Assembly: GCF_018977255.1 (NCBI RefSeq)
Contig: NW_024704742.1
Location: 52,702,001-52,766,000, forward strand
DNA: 64,000 nucleotides
Direction: 5' to 3'
Source: Callorhinchus milii
Lineage: Eukaryota
A program made the translations under genes and the position numbers. This document shows, piece after piece, positions 43,501-55,500 of this stretch. Positions within the stretch are counted from its first letter, which is position 1. Each line of letters opens with the position of its first letter. The notes under the pieces are model-generated. The model saw only the letters and a program-made list of their open reading frames with translations, was not told the origin of the DNA and did not search any database.

Positions 43501-46500
43501 CTTCACTCCCACAACAGATGAAGGTGCTACCCATAGCCTGATATATTAGCTCCTCATAGCATTGGCAGCACATGACTGGTTCCAATTCACCCTTTTAGGA
43601 ACCTTTCACTGCTTAGTGCTAAATCCTCAATCCGTCTGTTAGAAAGTGATGCACTTGTGCTTCCATTTCATCTGCTAAGAAAGGGGCCAACACCATTGAC
43701 ACCAGAATTGGTTCCCTCGTGACTTGTCTATTTCCATAGCCTTTCAGATTTCCACTTCCCTTTGGATCCGAAATATCAAGTGAACAACACTTCTTTTTGT
43801 AAAATATTGATGTTACATTGTATTTCATTGCCATCTAGTGGTCATAAATGTATTGTTGTCTAAGTGCGTTTCAAAATATTTTCATTTCTTCACTACTACC
43901 ATCTCATTATAAATGTACTTTATTTCTGCTTTTATGGGGAAGCTCTGGGGTGCCATTTTCTTGATTCTGATCCTAAGAAATAGAGGTGGTGAAGGATCCT
44001 ATTCCCTTATCTCCCAAACTGTTCATACTCCCACTATATCTGTCGATTGCTTTGACTTTTACCCTATATGAAAAACACTTTAAAAGTCCAAATTGTGCTG
44101 TTGATGTGGCCACTAGGCAATGAACAAGACCAGATTAGATGACTCGCCTTGTCTCCTTTCCTATTTGTGGTATGTACCTTCACTCATGCCTTTTGCCAAC
44201 ACACAAGCAATTATTGGAAACTAAACGTTGAGGCTTACAGGGTGAACCCATGTACCACCATTCTGTGTTCCCACACATGATGCCTGCTGCACTAAAACTT
44301 TGCAGGATAGTAATGTCCCACAAACAGTCATCAAGTGAATGATCATTTTTTGGTCTCCGAGGGATTGTTGGCCTGAACACCAAGAGAAACTTTCTTTTCT
44401 TTTTGAATAATGCCAGGAGATCTTTAACACCCACCTGATGTTAAAGACATCCAGGGAGACAAACCCTGGTTTAATGTCTCATCCCATGAACAGCACCTCT
44501 AACAACTCAGTGCTCCCCACAGGACTGTCAGCCTAGTATGTGTGCTTAAACTATTGCTTGTATAGGAAAACAAGCAGTCATTTTATGCACAGCAAGGTCC
44601 CATAAAAGCAGATAAGATAACTCAGAATTATCAACTCATCAATGGCTGGACGCATCGTCAAAGAGGTAGACCCTTCAGGTAGGAATTGAGAGAGGAGAGG
44701 GATTTTGGGAGGCAGTTCCAGAGGTAAAGCACAAAGTCTCTGAACCAGCACCAAAGGTATAGTAGTGAGAGTGAGGCATGAAACAAGCTAAAGTTAGTAG
44801 AGTGGAAGGAGTGGATAGTAGAGTAAGGTAACAGACAATCACAGAGATAGGACGATGCAGAGATTTGGAAGTGAGAACAAGGACCTTAAGGATCTCCATT
44901 AAGGGATAAGCAGCCAGTGAAGCCAGGTGAGCCAGGTGAGGATTCACGTGAAGGGCTCACAGAGAGGATATGGGCGGCAGAGTTCTGTATGACCTGGAGT
45001 TTGTGGAGAATGGAGCTGTTTCACAGGATACACTGGAAAGTGTAATGACTGTGCCTTCTATAGCCACACATGGCAGCCAAATTTCCCACAGCACCAAATT
45101 GTGATCAGGAGCACAAAACATGGTGCTGAGGCCTATTGGCACTCCAGTTCAATCTTCAATTTTTCGATTGTCATTTGCTTAATAAAAATGTCAAAGACTT
45201 TTAAACTGCATGAATTGTTGGCTATGTCGTCAATGTAAATAAGTAATGATTTCATTTAGCAAGGTGCACAAGTAGCAAGTGCCAAGCTGGACAAATTCAA
45301 GGCCTTTGGTTAGAATAATGCTTAACAATAATCCTTGCATTTGATATAGCGCCTTATCACATCGTCAAGATGTCTCAAAGCACTTCACAGAATATGCTGT
45401 AAAGTGAATTGACTATATTTTGTAGGCAAAATGTGGCAGCCAATTGTGCAAAGCAGTGTCCCACAAGCAGTCGTGGATGGAGTGATTTATTTATTCGTTT
45501 TACTTAAAGCAGTTGACTGCACATTGTCATTCATTTCTCTCTTACACAAATTTACATTCTGGTATCTGCAGATTTTTCAATAATATTTTAAGATAATGAA
45601 GGTGTCACCTTGTATCAGTTGGTACCACTCACAACTCTAGACCAGAAGATCTGTTGTTTGTTTATGTTGTAGGAATAATGTTTTACAGTACCTCAATAAA
45701 TCAATGACTCCGTTGTATCGTTGCTGAAGAAATTTGCCCAATGTAGATCCAAAATCCTGAGAATTAAAATCAATAGAATGTAGTTAAAAACATAGCTCTA
45801 CCAATAGTGTAAAAAAAATCAGCAGACGACATAAGTGTGCCAGCCTCATTTAGTTAGCAGCACTCTTACCTCTGAGTCAGAAGGTTGTGGGTTCAAGCCC
45901 CAACAACAAGATTTAGAATCCATCTAGTCTATCCTGACACTCCAATCCAGTGTTGGGGGAGTGCTGCATTTTTGGCAGTGCAGTCCTTCCGATGAAATAT
46001 TAAACTGAGGTATCATTTGCCTGTCCAAATGGATGTTAAAGAACCCATGGCATCATTCAAAAAGAGAAGTGAGTTTCTCCCGGTATCTCAGTCAACAATC
46101 ACCCAAATAAAATTGGTCACTCACTCCATGGCTGTTTGTGCAACACTGCTGTACAGAAATTGGCTGATGCAGTCGCCCACAAAATACACAGTACATCACT
46201 TTTCAGTATATCTTGTGAAGTGCTTTGAGACGTCTCAATGACAGGATGAGGTACTATATCAAATGCAACGATTATTATTATAAATATCATGGTGTACAGT
46301 GATTGTACCATCTCTCTCCCTATCCTTAGCCCCTCACTGGCTACCTGTGAATCTCACAAAAGAATTGTCTTTCTCTTCAAGGCTATTATAATACACAATG
46401 ATTTTTGAATGCTTTTTTGTTGGTTATTTTACTCACAATTTTCCACATTAGGATATATTTAACAGGAAAAGGCCTTAAACATCTACCTTGGATGCTGAAC

Positions 46501-49500
46501 CTCATCAGGGAGTTGGCAGGAATTTGACATTTAATATGACACCTAATATGAATATGAATTTAAGCATAAAACTGAGGAGCTAACTTTCAGCTTCAAAAAC
46601 TGGGTTTGAAAACCACAGCTGCTTCCACAAGAAACCTGTTCTACAGTATTACAAGGTGCTTTCCATGCTTGTTTATAGGGAAGTGGAAAAGTGATTCAAA
46701 TTCGGAGAGAAATTTTTATAACTGTCAACCCAATCCAAAATGGTTGGATTACTGCATTTGCATCAGTTCTGGGTAACTACACCCATTCATTGTTATAACC
46801 TGGCAAGTAGGTTCTTGTAATCGGCACCTTTGGTATTGCTCATGACCTTGACACTAAGAGATTAACAATTGTGGTGTTAGTGCTGCACATTCAGCTCAAA
46901 AATAACTTGCCTTTAATTAGTGGGAAATTCCATAGCCTGATTATATTAAAAGGATAGAATTGGTAGAACATACAGTAGGTTAGCGTGACCTGTGGAATAC
47001 TTTACAGAGAGGAACAATACAGTACAGATTTACATTTGTGTAGCCCCTTTCATGTGGGGGGTGGGGGAGAGTCTCAAAGCACTTAACAGAATTGCTGGTT
47101 ACCCGAGCTTTGGTTGCTTCAGTGGCCTCACTCGCCTGGATTAGAGAGAGGTAAGATAAACCAGGATTCCTACTCCTGAGTGCCTGAGTGAACCCTGCTG
47201 GAAAGGTAATTTGTGAATGAGTGTCAGGATTCAATTGGGATGTCATGCTCATGGTTTTTCTGGATTCATAGGCTTCTGACACATATTTTCCAGCTTCATA
47301 TTTAAAGAATAATTACTAAGCCAAGATAATGGAGCAACTTATATGTCAGGATGCATCAACATCTTCAGGAGAGGAGGAAAGGATACCGGAGGACAAAACT
47401 ATCTAAATGTCCTTATACTTGTTTAGTCAATAATGTTTTCCATTGTTACTATATGTATCCAGGAAACCAAACAATATCTTATATCTCGATAGCGTGGAGT
47501 ACCCTGTAAAATGTCAAACTCCGGTTCAGATACTGAATACTTTTTCAGTTAAGTAAACTTTAATGGTTCAGTAATATTACTCTAGAGTAATAGTGACACA
47601 TAGTACAATGCTTATGGATAATTGCCAACTCTGGTAACCATAGCTCCCCTACTCAAACACATACCTCCTTGTTTATCAGTAAGAGCTCCACATCAGTCTT
47701 GCAGACAATGGTAGCAGGACGCTTTTTGTTGGTCAGAAGAGTAGCTTCCTGAAAAATATAAATTTGGGAAAGTTGAAACAGTCAGTGGCAACATGAAAGA
47801 ACATTAAACCGACTCTGGCTCTTAGTAAAATTGTGAAGCAGAAATGGAGCTCACCCCAAACAAATCACCTTCCTCAATTTCATGCAGAAATTCTGTTAGG
47901 GGGCTTCCAACTTTGGCAGAGATTTCATTTGATTTTGCTGCCATTTTACCAGTAAGTACAAAATAACACGATTCAGGTTGGTGGCCTTCACGCACAATGA
48001 CTGTTTGTGTTTCATATCTAAAATTAAGGGAAAGTACATTGAATAATTAAGTTACGCATTTGGAGTCTCTGATTTCTCCCCATCTCCAATAACTGGTGAA
48101 GTGTCTGTAGGGAAATACATGAACACACAAATTTACATTTTATAACTATAAAATGTAGAAGACACCAATAATATGATCTGTTTGATTATTTGACTATACA
48201 CAGGGACATAGTCATATGCAGAATTGGGAAAGACCATTTCCAATTACTGAGTTAAGCTGCTATCTATGAAATATCACTGAAATACCACTCTTCGCAGTCG
48301 GCAAAAACAATGGTGCTTAATAGTAGCATGAAAAATGAGCATGATGAAACTCTCTAACCAGCTTCAAACTCAAACACTGTACCAAATTTGGGGTGAGTTG
48401 GGGATCAGTCTTTAACAGTTGTTTTTAAACACATTTGTTGTGATCGCATCAAATCTGTATGAGTCAAATTGAGTTTGCTGTACTTTGTTCTCACACCCAT
48501 AAACAATCCTTGCATTTGATGCAACGCCTTATCACATCTTTGAGAGGTCTCAAAGCGCTTCACAGAATATACTGTGAAGTGAATTGACTGTATATTTTGT
48601 GGACGAAACGCGGTGGCCAATCGCGCACAGCAGTGTGCCACAAATAGTCGTGGATTGAAGTGACCTTTTTTTNGAGGGGATTATTACACCTGGAAAAGCG
48701 ATCCGCCAATCAACTAACAACTGGGTTCCTAGTTACTGCAAGTAAACAGAGGAGTCTGGAGTAAGGAAATTTGCCCAACATTTCAGCCGGAAATCAAACC
48801 CTGGTCCTCTTGCTTGCGAGGCGAGTGATCTAACTACTAAGCTACAGGACTCCAAATTCAAGTTTTGCTCTCAAAGAACAGATTTAACAATAATCAAAGA
48901 ACATGTGACCTATTGCAATTGGCAGATGCATTGTTGATTAAACTATTTCTGCATGTTGTTTCACTTACTGTTGGTACACTGCAGCTTGGCAAACCTCCAA
49001 CTGAACATTATGGGGTAGGACTTGAAAAGTTTGGTTCTTGCGTAAGAGTGATTGTATCTTTAAAACAAAAGATGTTAAAATAACAATATTTTGAATTAGA
49101 ACCAGGCAATAAAATATTTACAGTACATAATCACAGCTACCAAAGCGACAAATAAAGACACACGCAGAGCTCCAGTCTCTTTGCTATAGTTGTGCTGACT
49201 ATTTTAATGGAGAAAGATAGTTGAAGGACACAGGGTTAGAGTGCAAACGTTGAAAGGTAGGGTAGGGCGAGGCCATGGAGGGCTTTGTAGGTTAAAAAGA
49301 GAGACACTGAATCGAAAATAATGCAAAGACAACTAATGACAGAGCACATATATGATTAAACGTTAACTGATATTTGTATCAGTAAAATATCTAGAGTTTG
49401 TACAGACAGTTAAAGAAATGGTTAAAAATAATGAATAAATCTCATTCACCATTAACTCAATCAATATTACCATTAAAAGTTGCATCCTGATAACAGTGAA

Positions 49501-52500
49501 TAGTTTATTAACGTTTGTTGGGAAGTCTGTCAGAAATCACTTTGTGCTATTACCAGTGCAAGTTCCTGTTTGCTTCGTAGCAAAGGAGAAACATGGAGCA
49601 GGCTCTTCAGCTTTGTAGAGTCTCTTTCCTGCAATAAAACGAAGGGTGGATAAATTTTTTTACTGGTAAGCAAAAGAGCTCAGTCAATATCTTTTCATAG
49701 GCATTTTAATATAACTCTGAAAAAACGATCTAACACAGAGCTAACTGATAGATCGAATATAATAATAATAATCCTTGCATTCAGTATCACAACAACAAAA
49801 TTACATTTGTATAGCGCCTTTCACGTCGGGAGGACGTCCCAAGGCGCTGGACAGTGTACAGCATTTCAGACCCGAGCTGGGGTCAGGGTGGGAGAAGGGA
49901 GGGGAGGGGGAAGGGGGTGGCCGATGGTATGGTTGAAGAGGAGGGTCGAGGCGGGACTTGAAGAAGGCTAAGGAGTCGGCGAGGCGGAGTGATTAGGGGT
50001 TGGGGGCAGAGTGGCTGAAGGCTCTCCAGCCAATGGTGGGGCGGGTAGGTCGGGGGACCTGGAGCAGGCCGAAGCCGGCTGAGCGGAGGGAGCGGGTGGG
50101 TAGGTAGGGGGTTAGGAGGTCACAGAGGTAGGGTAGGGCGAGGCCATGGAGGGCTTTGTAGGTGAGAACCAGGATCTTGAACTGGATCCTCTGAAGGATA
50201 GGAAGCCAATGGAGTCAGGCGAGAGTGGGGTAGATGGGGTCACAGAGTTTGATGTGGGAGAGGACACGGGCTGCAGAGTTCTGGATTATCTGCAGCCTGT
50301 GGAGGGAGGAGTTGGGAAGGCCGACACACAGGTGTTTGCATAGTCGCGCCTGGAGGTGATGAAGGCATGAACAAGAGTTTCAGCGGCCTGAGGGGTGAGG
50401 TAGTGGCGGAGTCGGGCAATGTTACGGAAGTGAGGGAAGGCAGAGCAGGTCATAATAATAATAATATAATAATAATAATAATAATCCTTGCATTTGATAT
50501 AGCGCTTTTCACGTCGGGAGAACGTCCCAAAGCGCTTCACAGAACACACTGTAAAGTGAATTGACTGTAAATTTGTGGGCGAACACGGCAGCCAAATGCG
50601 CACAGCAATGTCTCACAAACAGTCGTAGATTGAAAATGCCAATTTTATTATTGTTTTTGGTTTTGGAGGGATTATTATTAGGCTCTGTGTGGAGTAAGGA
50701 AACTTGCCCAAGGTTTCGCCCTGTCTGGAATTGAACTCAGGTCTCTCGCTTGCAAAGCGAGTGCTCTAACCACTGAGCTACAGGACTCCATAAGTCATGG
50801 CTTGTATGTGGGGAAGAAAAGACAGTTGAACGTCGAACAAGACATCTAGGTTCCTGACTGGTTTGGTGAGTTGTAGTGAGCAACCATGGAGGTTGATGCT
50901 GCAGAACCTGAGGTGCTGAGGCGCTGGCGAGAGGCAATCAGGAGGGCCTCGGTCTTGTTCACATTCAACTGTAGGAAATTTGCCCTCATCCAGGACTTGA
51001 TGTCTGACAGGCAGTCTGTCCTGGAGTTGAGGAATGGTAAAACAGCAGGAATGGAAAAGAGTAGTAGCCAACAGAAGATAAAAGAATGAAGTAGAATAAA
51101 TTAGCAGAGCAAAAACATAAAACAGGAAAATAAACATAACCCGATTTACAATCATACAGGAATGAATACTAAATAAAATAACACCTTATTTAGTATTCAT
51201 TCCTGTATGATTATAAATCTGGTTATGTTTATTTTCCTGTTTTATGTTTTTGCTCTGCTATTCTATTTTACTTTATTCTTTTATCTTCTGTTGGCTACTA
51301 CTCTTTCCCCTTCCTGATGTTTTACCACACCCCAAATATTACAATTGCAAATGACTATATTCACACAAGAGATTACAAGAAAGGTTTGGAAGAAGAAAGC
51401 CTTTTTGCACATCTGATCTCATCGTTCCAGAATACCCACCCTACCATCATTTACAGCGGAATGATACAACCATTTGGCTGCTAAGAGCTGGGTGCCCTAT
51501 TTGAGAAATATCTGCGGGCCACATAAGCAATATTTTGTGTTTCCCTACCAGAATCATAACATTACTGATTATATGGATGGAGCAGGTGGACCAGATGAAA
51601 TGGAGGATGAAATCAGCCCATGGCCACCAGTTGGATCATTCTGATTTACAACATCAAGCTGTTCCTTAAATGAACAGCTATGTATCGTTTTCTGTGTAAA
51701 CAAATACTTTCTAGTTCCTGTCCTAAAATTATCCTTCTCAATACTGAGAATGTGGTATTCTTTGTTTGAAAATGACTAATGGGAGGACATAGTAATAATA
51801 ATAATAATAGTAATAATAATACAGTACTAACATTTTTCTTCTTTGTAAAGCTGTGAATGTTAAACAACAGCTCCTTGTCAAGGTCTGCCTGCTTTTTTAG
51901 AAGGTTTGCCACCCACTGTGTCACCTTAGTCTTGTGTATATACCTGAGAAACAAAATATTAATTCAGCATCTTAATACTTTTTTTATTGTTATTTTCTTA
52001 TGGTTAAACAGGGTCATAAGGCAACTCATGACGAGGGAAAAAAAGACATTTAAGGCCATGAAGGAAAATGGCACAGAGGAAAGATGGATTAATTACCAGA
52101 AGGCATACCATGTAAAAATGGTATCAGAATGGCAAAGAAACATTTTGAACTGAACATGGCAAGATATGTGAAGGATAACAATAAAAAGTTTTCCCATTAT
52201 ATTAAGAGAAAAATAAAAACAAGGGATGGAATAGGGCCATTGAAGGTGGAATTGGGTGAGGATAAGACAAATAATGCTACACAATCTGCAGAAGTACTAA
52301 ATAATTTTTTTGCCTCAGTTTTTACTAAAGAGGAAATGCGATTTTCAAGGTAAAGATAAAAACAGATTAATTTAAAGTCTGCACATGTAATTACTCTCAA
52401 GCGTAGTGACTGTTTTTCTAGATATACACAGCAATTATTTGCATCAACAAGATCCTACAACACCCATAAGGCTGTTAATCTAAAGAATTGTTGAGCTGGA

Positions 52501-55500
52501 CACCAGGAGAAATGCCCTTCCTGATTTAACATCCACTTATCCCATTTATGCCATAAATCAAAAAATATTCATAAGAATATAAGAGTTTTGCCAGGTGAAA
52601 GAAATTAAGGTCCATCCAGTTCATCTTCCACCATCCTGGCAGTGACAAGACAGGTCATGTCCCAAACTATATATTGTAACCAGAGATATTATTTCCTAAA
52701 ATAAATCTATCTAATTTCTTCTTCTATTCAATCAAGAAAAACCTAGAAAAACACTAGTAATCAACCACAAACTTACCTAGACTCGTGATAATGTTGAGGG
52801 GGTGTTTCTTGATGGCTCTGTGGACCGGAACAGGCCCATGGGCTCTAGTTTGGCCGGCACTAGTGTAGAGTGTTAACCTAACTATGAACTCAAGTTGCTA
52901 TATTGAGCTTGAACCCACAACCTCCCTGACCCAGCTGCAAGAGTGCCACCAACTGATCCAAACTGTCACACGTGTACTATTTAAATATTTTCCAAATATC
53001 AGTTCAGTATTATATAAGAATATTAAAACCATTCAAGTATTTTCTGGTTCTCAATGTACTAATGCTGGAAGTGATAAAATATATCCAGAACCAGAACTTC
53101 ATTAGCAAGGATAACTTCTCCACTCAACAGTAGTACTTTAGAGGAAAGAAGGACCAAATTGTGGTAGGTTATTGATCACACTGAAAATGTTTCTTTGGTT
53201 AAGCTCCATTAATCAAAAATAAAGGAAGATCTTACAAAATATGATGAGAGACTACCATCAGTGCAGTACGTCAGATTATGTAATCACTTGCAGTGAAGTA
53301 CTTTGCTTGTGCCCTAAAATGTTCCCTAAGTGAGCAAATTACTTTAATCCTTTAAAACACAACCAAATATTGTTAACAAAACATTTTCTTGTCCATGATG
53401 AAATAAATTACTTCAGCATGTTATTGATGATTTAATTATTCATAGTAGCGGTAATCCTAAGAAGCTATGCTCTTTACAAAGAGTGTCTCCAAGTTTCCCC
53501 ATTACTAACCTCTTTATATCAGTCTGATTTGACAACTCTGGAGACAATAGATAGATTTTTGAAAATCCATGGTGAATTCCCTATTTTCCCTTTTTACAAC
53601 TAGTTGTTTTAACATCTAATAATATTATAAGAACAGTAGCTAGAACATTTCTATCAGAAATGAAATGAGACATTTTCCAGAAATAACAACAACTTGCATT
53701 TATGTAGCATCCTTTACACAGAGGTCTGAGAAGATAAACAGTTTTGATAATAAAAGAAGACTTTTCAGTGTTGTAAACAACCACACAGCAGCACACCAGT
53801 TTAACACTGACTGCTCTGAAAGTCCTCCTCATTGCTACAGTTAGCCATCTTACCTGAACCTTACGACTGAAGATATACTCTGGTGGAGTCGGGGGGATAA
53901 GTGAGGTTTCCTTGGAGATGAACTGGCAAGCTATGCAATTTTTAACGTTTAGCTGGTTAGAATCCAACAGTACCCCAACGCACACTCTGGAGTCCCCAAA
54001 CCTTGTTTCTTGCTAACCAGCACCTAATACCTAATCTGGAATTAGGTAAGTAGGATGCGTCCCTCCGAGGAGAGAATGTGCATTCCATTCCAATAAACAT
54101 CTCTGGAATTTCCTTGAACAGGTGGGATGCATGGAACTCTCAGGTTGGTTTGGATACTCTTAATCATAATGATGGGTTTCCACATGTGTCATATCCTCCT
54201 TGGGGGTCGATGAACAGCGGCTCCTTGGAGCTGAACTGGCTCCAAGTTGACATGCCTGGCAACGGAATGTCGGAATCAAGCCAGCCCTCTGTGGTGGTCC
54301 AGTTCCTGAGCCAGGCAGGTCCACAGTATTCCAGGGTACTGCTGATATAATACAAAATTCCATTGCCTTTCACATCGGGAGGACATCCCAAGGTGCTGAA
54401 TGACAGCACAGCGAGCCTGGCTCATTGGCAGGACCTGGAAAGGCAGACCAGTCACTGGTGGCAGGGAGTCATCCCACTCAGTTCCTGTTATCCCTGCAGA
54501 CCTAAGCCCTGATGAGTAGGGTGTCCTAGTTGGACAAGCAGCAGGAAAGCTTGCCAGACAGCACTACCAGTGGCAAGCTATGCAGTTTCAGCTGGTTGAA
54601 CTCCAGCAGTACCCCAACCTGCACCTGATCCTTCCCCGAATTAGGTAAGCAGGATGTGACTCTCTAGTGAGAGAATGCACATTCCATTTCAACAATCTAT
54701 CTCTGGGATTTCCAGGTGTAGGTGGGATGCATGGAAATTGCAGCTTGGTTTGGATACTCTAAGCATGGTGATAGGTTTTCACATGTGTCAGATACCCGGC
54801 TGACCAAAAAACGAATTGAGAAAAGGGCAAGTAAATGGTAATAAACATACAGCACCTTCAGAGAGCTGGTACAACAACAATAACAATAACAATTCAGTTC
54901 CAGGCAGGGCGAAACCTTGGGCAAGTTTCCTTACTCCACACGCCTAATAATAATCCCTCCAAAACAAAAAAAACAATAATAAATTGGTCATTTTCAATCC
55001 ATGACTGTTTGTGGGACATTGCTGTGCGCAATTGGCTGCCACGTTCGCCCACAAATATACAGTCAATTCACTTTACAGTGTGTTCTGTGAAGCGCTTTGG
55101 GACGTCCTCCCAACGTGAAAAGCGCTATATCAAATGCAAGGATTATTATTATTATTATAACAACAACAACAACTTGGATTTATATAGCGCCCTCCACACC
55201 AGACGGTGTCTCAATGGGTAGTAATGATCTTCTGTGCTGTTCCCTCCAACATGCTCTCCTGTGTTAAGCAATATAAGTGCAGATTGTTGTAAAATTCTAT
55301 GATTCTTTGTCTATCATACACCAGAGAATAGGAAATCCTACAAATCCCTCCAGTATTGTCACTGCCTGTACTCTAATATAATTTCCTGGGTGAAGAGGAG
55401 GGGAAGAGACTGAATGATCTGCTCTTTTGGTGGCAGCCCTCTGCCCCTGACATTCCATGTGAGGAAGTGGTCATCTTCTACTCCCTGTATCTCCAGCTAT

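Noticed and set aside
47575..47592. Perfect 18-bp palindrome TATTACTCTAGAGTAATA
   Set aside because: Short and AT-rich, with no supporting context.
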